45,408 nucleotides of DNA from a virus (taxonomy: Duplodnaviria > Caudoviricetes): positions 1-45,408 of the IMG/VR virus record IMGVR_UViG_3300048578_000324; one strand, written 5' to 3'. Shown in pieces: positions 1-9,766 of the stretch. Each line of letters begins with the position of its first letter. Positions within the stretch are counted from its first letter, which is position 1. The notes below the pieces were generated by a model. It was not told where the DNA came from. It saw only the letters and a program-made list of their open reading frames with translations, and made no database searches. The position numbers were made by a program, and so were the translations under genes.

Positions 1-1872
1 TTACCGCGCAGTAGGGAGACGGGCGCGGATGCGTCGATCAGGGGCACTTGGTTTCTTTCCACTGACGGTCTCCGCGTTAGCCAACCACTCCTCGAACTCC
101 TCCAGGCGCCGCTCGTAGTCCAGGACCTCCAGCTGCTTGTCCGTATCCGACCCAGCCGCCTGAACATCCTCGGCGAAATACGCGCATGCTCCCGCCACCG
201 CGTCCAGCCTGTCGTCATGCACCAAGCTGTCCTTGGCGCGTGTCAGGTGGGTGAGCTGGAAGGCGAACGAGTAGTGGCGACGAAGCTCCTCTTCGACCTG
301 CATGGAGCGGACCGACTGCAAGTCCCACTCAATGACGCGCTCAGCCACGACCAACCGATGGGCCTGAGTCAGAGGCTCCATGATGGACAGGATGCGCCGC
401 TCCTTGGACATCGTTGTCTGGCGCACGTCAACCAGCTCTGTGCCAGCCATCTCCGTGGCGCCACCTCGGCGGTTCTTGTTGTAGGCCTCCCAGGCGCGGG
501 CCACGTAGGGGCGCAGAAGGGCAGACAACATGCCGTCGCCGAAGTTGGCCTCTACGCGGAGGGTGGAGACCCTGAAGCGGACGCAGGCCTGCGCGATGGC
601 CGTGAGGGTGGCCGGAGAGAAGCCATCCTTGGACCCCCAGAGGTAGAGGAGGTAGAGCGTGCCGTGCAGTTCGCCCACGATGGCCAGGGCCGTCTCGTCG
701 GCGCCTCGGCCCGAGCCGTCCACGAAGCCAACGACCTCCGAGAACCGGGAGAACTCATCGTTCGTGTAGAAGGCCGGGCCGTAGTAGAAGTCGCCGTCGA
801 AGCCCATGGGCTGGAGGTGTCGCAGCGGCTCGCCGGCACCCCAAGTCACCTTGTTGGGGGCCATGTCGTCCGCCAGCTTCATGACCAGCAGGTCGGCTAG
901 GCGGAGCGGGTACTGGTCCTTGGAGGCGAGGCTGGTGTCCAGCATGAACTGAAGGGCAAACTCAGCGGCGCCAAGAGACAGGAGACGCCGATCCAGCTCC
1001 TCGTCTGGGAACCGCCCAGGCTCGGCGGGCTTACCGGCCAGCTCCGGGTTGCGGCGTAGGGCATTGGCCAGGAAGGGGGCCAGGATGCCCTCGTACCGTG
1101 CCATCTCCTCGGGCTTCGGGTACCGGCAGGGCCAGCAGCGAGCCTTGTAGCCGCGCTTGCGCAGCTCGTTATAAAGCGACTCCTCATCGTGCGGCGTGCC
1201 CAGGTAGACCACCCGGCCGCCCGGCTTGAGGATGGAGTCGAACTCCTTGACCGCCTCCCTGATCTTCTCTCGGTTGGTGGCGGTGAGGGAGTTGATGTTC
1301 GTCTCAACGTCGTCAGGGACGATGATGTCCGCGCGGAAGCCGACGATCTGACCCAGGACACCAGCCGCGTGGAACGAGGGGGACTGGTCGGGGATCGCCG
1401 GGCCAACGTCGAAGGCTGACGCCGAGGACCGCTGGCTGGGGCCAGGGGTCAGGTGCTGAATGAGAGGCCACGACCGGATGAGGGTCAGGCAGAAGTTGGT
1501 GAAGGCGATTGACCGCTTCAGGCTGCCCGAGACCACCAGCACCTTCTTCTGGGGGTCGCAATAGAGAAGCCAGAGCACGAAGGCCGCGCAGATGTAGCTC
1601 TTGGCGGCGCCTCGGAACGCCATGATGATGGCGCGGTCAGGTCCATGCTGGAGGTACCACGCGATGGACAGCTGGAGGGGACTCGGGTCCTGGATGTTCC
1701 CGTGCTTGTCCTTCATCCCCAGGAAGCGCCACAGGAGCACGAGGAAGACGCGGAAGTCGGCCCGGATGGCCGCGTCCAGATTGTCCTCGGGGATGACGAG
1801 GGGTGGCGGAATGCGTGCCGCCTTGGGGAGCCGCGATACGGCCCCCCTTGCCTTTTCGATGTCGAAGTCCAT
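1..1872 (-). CDS. terL: Terminase large subunit (gp19-like)
   Basis: 623 aa; AFRGAAKS Walker A variant, GFRADIIVPDDVE, LGTP, nuclease motifs VDGSGRGADET and HDDRLDA. Confidence 0.96.
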   Translation of the reverse strand: MDFDIEKARGAVSRLPKAARIPPPLVIPEDNLDAAIRADFRVFLVLLWRFLGMKDKHGNIQDPSPLQLSIAWYLQHGPDRAIIMAFRGAAKSYICAAFVLWLLYCDPQKKVLVVSGSLKRSIAFTNFCLTLIRSWPLIQHLTPGPSQRSSASAFDVGPAIPDQSPSFHAAGVLGQIVGFRADIIVPDDVETNINSLTATNREKIREAVKEFDSILKPGGRVVYLGTPHDEESLYNELRKRGYKARCWPCRYPKPEEMARYEGILAPFLANALRRNPELAGKPAEPGRFPDEELDRRLLSLGAAEFALQFMLDTSLASKDQYPLRLADLLVMKLADDMAPNKVTWGAGEPLRHLQPMGFDGDFYYGPAFYTNDEFSRFSEVVGFVDGSGRGADETALAIVGELHGTLYLLYLWGSKDGFSPATLTAIAQACVRFRVSTLRVEANFGDGMLSALLRPYVARAWEAYNKNRRGGATEMAGTELVDVRQTTMSKERRILSIMEPLTQAHRLVVAERVIEWDLQSVRSMQVEEELRRHYSFAFQLTHLTRAKDSLVHDDRLDAVAGACAYFAEDVQAAGSDTDKQLEVLDYERRLEEFEEWLANAETVSGKKPSAPDRRIRARLPTAR

Positions 1873-1898
1873 GCAAGCCCGGATGGCCGCTCAGCGGC

Positions 1899-2039
1899 CT
1901 ACAGCGGCCACGGAGGGCCGGAAATCAGGCCGATGCCCACCATGAGCATCACGAGGACGTAGGCGCCCAGCAGGGCCATGATGGCCGCTGCGTAGAGGCG
2001 ATCAGCCGTCAGCCGTGGGAGCCGGCACTTCGCCATCAT
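1899..2039 (-). CDS. Small single-TM membrane protein (46 aa)
   Basis: GAGG upstream of ATG; hydrophobic stretch LYAAAIMALLGAYVLVMLMVGIGLI; fills the gap between the terminase genes. Confidence 0.45.
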   Translation of the reverse strand: MMAKCRLPRLTADRLYAAAIMALLGAYVLVMLMVGIGLISGPPWPL

Positions 2040-2388
2040 CCTCGTCCTCGAACTGCGGCATGAGGATTTGGTTGGGGGCGGGAAGCCGTGCTCCCTGGCC
2101 CACCGCTTCTGGCGAGACGTTGCCAATCAGCTTCGGGTCCTTGGGCGGGTTGAGCTTGGCCAGCACGAGGCGCTGGTCATTGAGCACCGCCCTGAGGACG
2201 GACATCTCTTGGTGAGATGCCACCCCCAGGTCGACGCGGGCGATGAGCTGGAGGAGGAGCTGGTAGTCGCCGTATTCGATCAGCTCCTCGCGGGTCAGGG
2301 TGGCGAGCCGTGCCAGACGCTCCTGGTAGGCCTGCTCCATGGGAGCGCCGCCCTGCCCTTCCTCCAGCCCCTCCTCGTCTTCGGCCAT
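2002..2388 (-). CDS. Terminase small subunit (gp18-like)
   Basis: Position before terL, size, helical ASHQEMSVLRAVLND segment; the start may be the second Met. Confidence 0.65.
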   Translation of the reverse strand: MAEDEEGLEEGQGGAPMEQAYQERLARLATLTREELIEYGDYQLLLQLIARVDLGVASHQEMSVLRAVLNDQRLVLAKLNPPKDPKLIGNVSPEAVGQGARLPAPNQILMPQFEDEDDGEVPAPTADG

Positions 2389-2392
2389 CAGG

Positions 2393-3064
2393 TCAGCCGA
2401 AGGGGCGGATCGCGATCTGGCCGTTCAGCGCACCCGCCGTGGCGAACGACGCCAGGACGGCCCGCAGGCGGGCAGACTTGCGGATGTAGGCGGTGGCCAC
2501 CGTCTCGTCGGCCGGCGCCGAGGACACGATGTCACCCAGGGCCTTCTTCGAGCCGTGGGAGTGGGTGGCCCAGCCGGCGACGTTCGTGGTGCCGACCTGC
2601 GGGACAATGGTGCCGCCCGTGGTGATGGTCGCCGAGACGATGGTGTCCATGCGGGAGATACGACCAGCCACCGGGGCCAGCAGTTCCTGCGCCGTGTTGG
2701 CCGCGAGGTCGGTGGCGTTGACGAAGAACTGCACGGTGCCTTCGAGGCCGGCGTCCAGCAGCTCGTTGAGGAGGTCGAGCGGGTCGCGGTCGTCGCCCAT
2801 CACGAGGCTCTTGGACACCACGCCACGCGGGGTCACGCGGGAGAGGCGCACGTCGGCGTTCAGCGCCGGAGCCGTCGCGAACGTCACCACCGGCAGCGGA
2901 CCATCGCGGTTGAGCTGGTAGTCGGTGCCCTGCACCTTCGGGGCGCCACCATCGACGCGGACAACGAGGGTCTGGTCGGCGTCGCTGATACGCGGCCCCT
3001 GGAAGGCCTTGGTGTTGCCGTCGCCCACGAAGTACGCCACGGAGCCGTAGTTGGAAAGTGCCAT
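2393..3064 (-). CDS. Putative virion protein with tail-fibre adaptor-like N-terminus
   Basis: YFVGDGNTKAF..VRVDG..DY..VTFATAP..VRLSRVTP parallels the N-terminus of the fibre at 3780-5222; AGGAG RBS. Confidence 0.55.
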   Translation of the reverse strand: MALSNYGSVAYFVGDGNTKAFQGPRISDADQTLVVRVDGGAPKVQGTDYQLNRDGPLPVVTFATAPALNADVRLSRVTPRGVVSKSLVMGDDRDPLDLLNELLDAGLEGTVQFFVNATDLAANTAQELLAPVAGRISRMDTIVSATITTGGTIVPQVGTTNVAGWATHSHGSKKALGDIVSSAPADETVATAYIRKSARLRAVLASFATAGALNGQIAIRPFG

Positions 3065-3080
3065 GTATGCTGTCTCCTTT

Positions 3081-3380
3081 TCAGGGGTGGAAGGTCTGCC
3101 ACAGCGTGTAGCCGGCGAGGGCAGCGGTGGTCAGCCAATGGACCATCTGGGCCAGCCACGCGGCCGAGCTGATGGTTCCCTTACCGGCGGCAAGGGTGTT
3201 CTCGACATCACGGACCCGACCATCGAGGTGCTTCAGGTCCGAGTGGAGGGTGAGGAGCTGGTCGACCTTGGTAACGACCTCGGTCAGGCGCTCATGGAGC
3301 CTGATGACTTGATCGTAGGTGACCATGGCGGGCAGCTTGGCCAGCCGCTCCACCGGGTCAGTGCTTGGGGTATTGTCCAT
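3081..3380 (-). CDS. Coiled-coil protein with C-terminal TM helix (holin-like position)
   Basis: 99 aa, heptad pattern then hydrophobic C-terminus; AGGAG RBS; lies where T7 has holin gp17.5. Confidence 0.6.
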   Translation of the reverse strand: MDNTPSTDPVERLAKLPAMVTYDQVIRLHERLTEVVTKVDQLLTLHSDLKHLDGRVRDVENTLAAGKGTISSAAWLAQMVHWLTTAALAGYTLWQTFHP

Positions 3381-3387
3381 CGGGCTC

Positions 3388-3780
3388 CTAGAGGGTGGCC
3401 GCGAAGTCGAAGAACTCCTGGAGCTGGTCAGCCTTGCCCAGTTGGGTCACGAGGTTGATCAGCATGGGGTCGTCGATCTGGAAGTCGGTGGCAGCCTGCC
3501 ATGCCACGAGGGTGATGCCCCCTTCGGTCGCGGCCAACGCCTCGGCGGCGTCCTTCAGGTTCCAGACGTAGAGAGCCATCATGAACTGTCGACGAGTAAC
3601 AGAGGAGGTGTGAAAGGTATCGGAGGCTACCCCAGGAAGCAGAACGCCGTCGCGGAGAGTGTCCCCGATGTCACCAGCCTCCGATGGGACGATGGAGAAG
3701 CCTTCAGGGGCGATGTAGTCCCCATCAGCAACGATGACATTGACCACCGCGCCACCGCCGTCAATCAGAAGATATCTCAT
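3388..3780 (-). CDS. Tail-fibre-associated protein (possible assembly chaperone)
   Basis: TGATG overlap with the fibre stop codon; begins MRYLLIDGGGAVVNVIV. Confidence 0.6.
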   Translation of the reverse strand: MRYLLIDGGGAVVNVIVADGDYIAPEGFSIVPSEAGDIGDTLRDGVLLPGVASDTFHTSSVTRRQFMMALYVWNLKDAAEALAATEGGITLVAWQAATDFQIDDPMLINLVTQLGKADQLQEFFDFAATL

Positions 3781-5222
3781 CAGCCAAACTCCAGGATGAG
3801 GATGCACCCAGGGCGACCAGTGCCCGCTGAGCCTCCTGTACTAGAGATGCCACCACCAGAGCCATAGCCACTGGCGGCGACCGTGTTAGAGGAGCCTCCG
3901 TGCCCAAAGAAGGAGTCAGCACCAAGATACACCGTGCCGGTGTCGTCCCTGGACAAGCGCGGGCGGCCACCTTCGATGCTGGCGATGCCCCCTGTGCCCG
4001 TGGCTGTGCTCGATGGGATTGCCCCGGTCACACCACCATAGGCGGTTATCGTGTCAAGGGTCGTGGCGCCCCCCGTGCTCCCCGCCGCACCGATGGTGGC
4101 GGTGAGGCTGGTAACAGCGGAGACGTCCAGGATGCCGATTTGGAGATTGCCGCTGCTGCCCTGGTTAGCTCCGGCGCCTTGAGCGAGGACTAGCCACTTC
4201 TTGGCACCAGTCGTCTTGGTGACCGTACCGCTGGCGGTGATAAACTGGGCATTGATGAGGGAGCCACCCAGCGCAGAGAGGGCGGAGACAACAAAGGCCG
4301 TGGTAGCGAGCTTGGTCGTGTTGTCCCCGGCGGTGGGGGTAACGCCTCGGGGGGTCTTGGTGAACGTGAAGTCCTGGGTCAGGCGGTTGACCGTGAAGAC
4401 GTTGCCGAGGAGTGTGCCAGCATCGTTGTAGGCGCTGAAGGCGAACGCGTCCCCGGTGTCGGACCGCATGGCCCACCGCACAACGCCATCGGAAAGCCAC
4501 TGGAGCCACTTGTTGTTGCCGGTGGGCCTGTCGATGGAAACCACAGGCGCATTGAGCGTGCCACTGGGTGTGTACAGAACAGGCGCCCCAGCCGTCCCGT
4601 CCGACTTGAAGTCGGTCTTGGGGTAGTAGCTGGAGGGGTCGAACGTGGCAGCGGTCGCCGCGCTCACCGCCGCCGCGCTGGCGCTGTCAGCCGCCTCGCC
4701 TGCCTTAGTGGTGGCGGTGGAGGCGTAACCCTGGGCCGCCGTGACGTAACCCGCCAGGGTGGACTGGACTGAGGCCACGGCATCAGCTGCCGCCGAGCTG
4801 GCAGCGCTCGCCGCCGCCGCCGCAAGGCTAACGCACTGGTTATAGTAGTTGGCCATCTCGTCCAGGTAGGTCAGGACATTGTCACCGATGGCCTTGACCT
4901 CGTCGGTGTCGTCGACCTGTTCCTGAACGATATGCAGGAGACCGCTGAAGGCTCGGTTGAGCGAGCGAGCCCCGAGCGGGCCATCCGCAAACACGACCAG
5001 CGGGGTGCTCTTGGGGGTCTGCCTGTAGAGCTTCACCACCTTGCCGCTGGCGGGCGTCGTGGGCAGCTTGATGGAGGCGGAAGTCAGCCACACGAGGTCT
5101 CCCTGAGGCACAGCCACCCCATCCACGGTCACGTAGACGTAGGCCGGGGACAGGTAGGTGAAACTCAGGGAGAACGTGTCGGTGGTGCCATCCGCGACGT
5201 AGGTATTGCGCGAATAGGCCAT
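3780..5222 (-). CDS. Tail fibre (gp17-like)
   Basis: T7 gp17-type N-terminus (YVADGTTDTFSLSFTYL..VYVTVDG), Ala-rich stalk, DNTTKLATTAFV fibre motif, Gly-rich C-terminus. Confidence 0.92.
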   Translation of the reverse strand: MAYSRNTYVADGTTDTFSLSFTYLSPAYVYVTVDGVAVPQGDLVWLTSASIKLPTTPASGKVVKLYRQTPKSTPLVVFADGPLGARSLNRAFSGLLHIVQEQVDDTDEVKAIGDNVLTYLDEMANYYNQCVSLAAAAASAASSAAADAVASVQSTLAGYVTAAQGYASTATTKAGEAADSASAAAVSAATAATFDPSSYYPKTDFKSDGTAGAPVLYTPSGTLNAPVVSIDRPTGNNKWLQWLSDGVVRWAMRSDTGDAFAFSAYNDAGTLLGNVFTVNRLTQDFTFTKTPRGVTPTAGDNTTKLATTAFVVSALSALGGSLINAQFITASGTVTKTTGAKKWLVLAQGAGANQGSSGNLQIGILDVSAVTSLTATIGAAGSTGGATTLDTITAYGGVTGAIPSSTATGTGGIASIEGGRPRLSRDDTGTVYLGADSFFGHGGSSNTVAASGYGSGGGISSTGGSAGTGRPGCILILEFG

Positions 5223-5230
5223 TGAAGTCC

Positions 5231-8200
5231 TTACTGCGACAGACCGAAGGCCTGCGCGATGCCTTGGATCGTGCTCAGGCCGGCCTTAGCCTGCCCCTGC
5301 CCCGCCCCGGCCTTGTTGGCCTCGTAGGCGGACTTGGATGCCATCAGCTTCTTTTGCACCGCCTCCAGCACCGCAGGGTCCTTCATCAGGCGCTCCATGG
5401 CGGCGGAGTGGTACTTCGAGGTCAGCTGCTGCATGAGCCACGCCTTGGTCCCCCGGATGGTCGGGGGGCCGTCCTCGGCGTTGCGATAGGTCTCGGACTG
5501 GATGAGGTCAGCCGCCGCCTTCTTCAGAGGCTTCTGGCCATCCGGGTAGCCGGACCAGCGGGACAGCGTCTCGTAGGCGTTGGCACCATCCTGCATGGTA
5601 ACGTCCCGCAGGTCCGCGCCGCCCTTCAGCGGGCTGGGCGGGCTGGCGAGGGCCACATTGGCGTCCATGGCCATCCGAGCTGCTTCGTCCTCGACAATGC
5701 CGTGCTGGGGGTGGGCCATCAGGCTGTTGCCGGCCGTGATGGGATCGCCCCAGGCGTCGATGCGGGAGGGAAGCGTGGAGCTGGCGATGGTGCTGGCCGC
5801 GAAGCTGGTGACGAAGTCGTGGGCCTCGCGGAGGTACTGGTCGCCATTGATCTGCCGCATCGTCGCATTGAGCGGGATCAGGCTGGCCGCCATTCGGGCC
5901 ACCCACCGCTCGCCGTCCCGCCTCGGATCGCTCATCGCGTCGAGGAAGTCGGAGAGGCCGCGCAGGTAGCTCTTATCCTTGGCCAGGGCCACCGTGTACA
6001 TCATGATGGCACCGACCGCCTTGGTCAGGCCTGCTTGGTCGACCTCACCCAGCTCGGGCTTGGACTTCAGCGCCTGCACCAGCGTGGCGGTCAGGATCAT
6101 CGGCGCCGAGACAGGGTCCAGGCGGTTGAGATTGACCCACGTGTCGGTGGCCGGCAGGCGGACATGACCCGGCTTGTTCCCCGCGTCGGCGAAGGCCTTG
6201 GCGGCTTGGGGGTTCTCTGGGGCAAGCCCCGTTATGTTGCCCTGAGCCGCCCAGTAGGCCGCGAGGCCGACCAGAGAGGTCGCCAGAGCCGCCTCACCCA
6301 TCGCCTGGGCCTGGGCCGTCTCGCCATGCAGCCCGAACAGCTCGTCACGGAACTGCTTCTGCACGAGATTGAGGCCGGGTGTCAGGCGGATGTTGTAGCG
6401 CAGCGCGTTGATGGGGGTCCGCAGGAACGGAACCACTAGCTTCATGGCCGGCATCTTGTTCAGAGTGAGCGCCATGTTGCGGCCGGTGATGCCCGTCCAG
6501 TCGAAGGTGCCCTCCCCCTGCTCGATGAGGGGCTGGGAGAAAGTGGCCATCTCGGCCTCGCGCTTGGCGACAGGGTCGATCAGAGCCCCGGCCTCGTCAA
6601 AGGCCTCCTCGACGCGACGGTTCACGAAGGACGCAAGGTCCTTGCCCTTGAGCCCCAGCCCTTGGCCCTCCACGGTGGCCCGGCCGATGATGTTCGACCG
6701 CGCTATCGTGCCCTTGAACAGCTCGTCGGCTGCACCCAAGGCTCGCGTGTTGTAGCCAAGCAGCTTGCCGCCGGCCACAAGCCCATTGAAGAGCACGTCC
6801 TTGGTGTTCGCCATGGGACGGAACGGCATCTGGTCGATCACCCGGCCGACATTCAGGGATGCGGACGAGTGGGGGTCGATGATGCTTTCGCCCTTGATGA
6901 ACGCCCGCACCGGCCCGGTGTTGGCGAGGCCCTTGCCGTCCAGGCGCGTCAGCATCGACAGGATGCTCTTCGCCCCCGTGAACAGCTCGGCGCCAAGCTG
7001 GTAGCTCTGTGCGAGAGCGACCTGCCGGGTGGCGGACATCTCGTGGACCCCCTTGACGCCCACCGCCTTGAGGCCTGACCCAATCAGCGCCCCCAGGGCC
7101 TTCACCGGGCCTCCCCGGATCGGCAGCATGAGGGTATTGGCCACCATGTTGATGGCATGGGTCGTGGCCGTCATGACGCTGTTCATCAAGACGTAGTGGG
7201 CGCCGTCGATGGCGTTCCGCGCGAAGCTCGCCGGTACCACCGCTTGGCGGATGCCATCGGGCCGGCCCTGGGTGTTCAGGATGGCGTCCACGAGGGAGTC
7301 GTCATCCATACCCAGGCTGGCGGCAGACTTGGTGTTGCCCAGGTTGACCTTCTCGAAGAGGTCGCCCCGCCATGCCCGGTTCATCCGGCCGCCGAAGGCC
7401 CTGATCTCCGAGATGGGGTCCCACAGGGCGTTGAACGCCACCGTGTGCTTGCGCAGGGCCTCCAGCGCCGCGTCCCGCGTCCCGTACTCCCCGTAGGCGC
7501 CCATCTTGATGCGATTGGCGAGGGTGTACATGTCGCGGGCAACCGTCATGGCGACCTTGAAGGCGGCCAGCGTCTGGGCCTCCAGGGTCTTCGCCGTGCT
7601 GGCGGCCTTGCCGAGGCCCATCATGAAGCCGTCCGTGTCGAGCCCGAACGCCTCGGAGAAGCGGGTGATCTCGGCGAGTGTCTTGGCGTCGGACTTCGGG
7701 GCCTTCGCGGGAGCACTGTTGGTGTCCGCTGCGACGACCTCGGACAGGAGGTCCTGGAGCTGCTTGGGCTCATCGACAACCTTCTGCCACGGGAAGTTCG
7801 GCTTACCGATGCGCTCGCCCGCCGCCAGCGCCTCGTCAAAGGAGCCGTGAGCCTCGACGGCCTTGGCGTCCCTGGAGGCCTGGGAGGCGAGCTTGGGAGC
7901 TACATCACGCGGACGTACATCGGAGGCAGGGGCATCGGGCACTCCTGCGCGGGCATTCCCTTCGCCTGCCACGCCAGCAGGGCCTCGCCCTCGAACATCG
8001 CCAGCTCCAGGGGTTCCAGCCGCCGCAGCATCGGCACCGGCACGGGGGGCTTCCGCCGAGGGAGAGATACTGTCACGTACCCCACGCTGCGCCGACCCTC
8101 CGGCCGCAGCTCCATCAGGTCCGCCACCGCCACTCGGGCCGCTTCCAGTCGGCGCTCGTCGCTCACCAATCGGTACATTGTCCTGAACTCCTAAAGTCTG

Positions 8201-9748
8201 GCCGCGAAGATCGACCGTTTCGCTGGGCTTGATGTTGTCCTGCCCCCACGCATCAATCGGCGGCGGGGGCTCATTGGCGTTGGCCGCAACGGGTGGCGCC
8301 TCCTTGCCGACCATGCCACTGTCGGTGACATTGACGCGGGCTTCGGACGGGCCGGCACCGGGACGGAACGTGTTGTCGTTGCCGGGTCTCGGCGTCTGGA
8401 CCACGCCTCGGCTCTTGTCCAAGGCATTGAGCCCTTCCTGCCCCGTGGTGACCCCGATGTCGGAGTTGCCGAGGTAGGTGCTGTCGGCGCCATATGCCCC
8501 ACCGCCCTGACGGAACCGGCCGCCGCCCTGCTGAAGGCCGGGGATGTCTCGGTTGTCGTTCGACGGAAGGGTGCGGCGCGGATCGCCCGGCAGGAACTGC
8601 TCGCCCTGCGCGGCCTGGGGGCTCAGCTCGGGGGCCTGCCCCGACGCGGCGTTGTCGTTGGCGCTCCGAACCAGCTTGCCGTTGTCGTTAGTGGCGGCGG
8701 GCGGCTGCGTGTAGCTGCCCTCCTCCACCTTCACCTCATAGGGGGTGACGGCCCGCTTCTGGTACTTCTCGAACGCCGTGGCCGCCTCGGCAAGGTCTTC
8801 GGCCGCCCCATCCACGTCGCCCTTGTCGAGCTTGACCTTGCCGCGTACGAACAGGCCAAGGAACTTCGACAGGGCCGCGTCCAGGGTGATCGCCTCAAGG
8901 GCGCCCATGGAGCGCTTCCACGCGATGGTGTCGTTCGGGTCGTTCGACAGCATGTTGGCCAGGGGGCCGCGCAGGGCGGGTATCTGGTTCACATGGGCGA
9001 GGAGCCGGTTGTTGTCCTCGTTGAAGAAGGCAGCCTGGACGGTGCCAGCCTTGAGGAACCGGGCGGCGGCCTTGGCGGTCGAGCCGAAGGTCTCCCCGGC
9101 GCCCTTCATCTTCCCGAGATAGCCGAGGGCCATCCAGCCGGCAGTGAACTGAGAGGCGCCGATGGCGAGCGATGCGCCACCCTTCTCCAGGTCCTCCTGC
9201 CAGCGGATGGTAGCCTCGTTCCGCTTCTCCCAGCGCTTCGTCAGGTCCGTGCCGAGCGCCGCGTCAACGGGCTGGAGACCGAAGCGCCCCAGCTCCCGGC
9301 CGGCGGCCAGGACACCCGCCCCGACAGCCTTGGTGCCACGCCAGAGGTCTTCCTTGACGCGGTCAACCGGGTCGGACGGAAGCTCACCGGGCGCCAGAAC
9401 GTCCTGGCCTCGGGCGGTCGCCAGCTGGTCAGCCGCAAAGCTGGGGTCCGCCTGCGCCGACTGGTCCCATTCCTGGGCCGCCGACTGAAGCATCTCCGCG
9501 AAGCCTGGGCGAACCAGATCAGCATCGGAGGGGGCCTGCGCTTCGGGTGCGGCGGGTTGGTTCTGGATGCCAGAGAACGGCTCCGGCTCGCCGACCTGGG
9601 CCGGCACGGAAGAGTCAGCTTGCGGTGCCGGGGAGGTGGCCGTCGACTGTCCGCCCAGGAACTCGATGGTGTCTAGGGCGTCGGTCAGGGTGTCACCCTT
9701 GCCGGTCGTTCGGCTGATCTGCTCGGTGAGAGACTTCGGGTCGGCCAT
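5231..9748 (-). CDS. Large internal virion/ejection protein (gp16-like)
   Basis: 1505 aa immediately before the fibre; VPFLRTPIN motif typical of this class. Confidence 0.8.
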   Translation of the reverse strand: MADPKSLTEQISRTTGKGDTLTDALDTIEFLGGQSTATSPAPQADSSVPAQVGEPEPFSGIQNQPAAPEAQAPSDADLVRPGFAEMLQSAAQEWDQSAQADPSFAADQLATARGQDVLAPGELPSDPVDRVKEDLWRGTKAVGAGVLAAGRELGRFGLQPVDAALGTDLTKRWEKRNEATIRWQEDLEKGGASLAIGASQFTAGWMALGYLGKMKGAGETFGSTAKAAARFLKAGTVQAAFFNEDNNRLLAHVNQIPALRGPLANMLSNDPNDTIAWKRSMGALEAITLDAALSKFLGLFVRGKVKLDKGDVDGAAEDLAEAATAFEKYQKRAVTPYEVKVEEGSYTQPPAATNDNGKLVRSANDNAASGQAPELSPQAAQGEQFLPGDPRRTLPSNDNRDIPGLQQGGGRFRQGGGAYGADSTYLGNSDIGVTTGQEGLNALDKSRGVVQTPRPGNDNTFRPGAGPSEARVNVTDSGMVGKEAPPVAANANEPPPPIDAWGQDNIKPSETVDLRGQTLGVQDNVPIGERRAPTGSGPSGGGGPDGAAAGGSAQRGVRDSISPSAEAPRAGADAAAAGTPGAGDVRGRGPAGVAGEGNARAGVPDAPASDVRPRDVAPKLASQASRDAKAVEAHGSFDEALAAGERIGKPNFPWQKVVDEPKQLQDLLSEVVAADTNSAPAKAPKSDAKTLAEITRFSEAFGLDTDGFMMGLGKAASTAKTLEAQTLAAFKVAMTVARDMYTLANRIKMGAYGEYGTRDAALEALRKHTVAFNALWDPISEIRAFGGRMNRAWRGDLFEKVNLGNTKSAASLGMDDDSLVDAILNTQGRPDGIRQAVVPASFARNAIDGAHYVLMNSVMTATTHAINMVANTLMLPIRGGPVKALGALIGSGLKAVGVKGVHEMSATRQVALAQSYQLGAELFTGAKSILSMLTRLDGKGLANTGPVRAFIKGESIIDPHSSASLNVGRVIDQMPFRPMANTKDVLFNGLVAGGKLLGYNTRALGAADELFKGTIARSNIIGRATVEGQGLGLKGKDLASFVNRRVEEAFDEAGALIDPVAKREAEMATFSQPLIEQGEGTFDWTGITGRNMALTLNKMPAMKLVVPFLRTPINALRYNIRLTPGLNLVQKQFRDELFGLHGETAQAQAMGEAALATSLVGLAAYWAAQGNITGLAPENPQAAKAFADAGNKPGHVRLPATDTWVNLNRLDPVSAPMILTATLVQALKSKPELGEVDQAGLTKAVGAIMMYTVALAKDKSYLRGLSDFLDAMSDPRRDGERWVARMAASLIPLNATMRQINGDQYLREAHDFVTSFAASTIASSTLPSRIDAWGDPITAGNSLMAHPQHGIVEDEAARMAMDANVALASPPSPLKGGADLRDVTMQDGANAYETLSRWSGYPDGQKPLKKAAADLIQSETYRNAEDGPPTIRGTKAWLMQQLTSKYHSAAMERLMKDPAVLEAVQKKLMASKSAYEANKAGAGQGQAKAGLSTIQGIAQAFGLSQ
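7900..8178 (-). CDS. Candidate nested gene (92 aa) in the +1 frame of the gp16-like gene
   Basis: TTTAGGAGTTCAGGACAATG RBS; G/C third-position bias moves to this frame while the host frame uses rare A/T-ending codons. Confidence 0.6.
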   Translation of the reverse strand: MYRLVSDERRLEAARVAVADLMELRPEGRRSVGYVTVSLPRRKPPVPVPMLRRLEPLELAMFEGEALLAWQAKGMPAQECPMPLPPMYVRVM

Positions 9749-9766
9749 CTAGGCTGCCTCCTGAGG

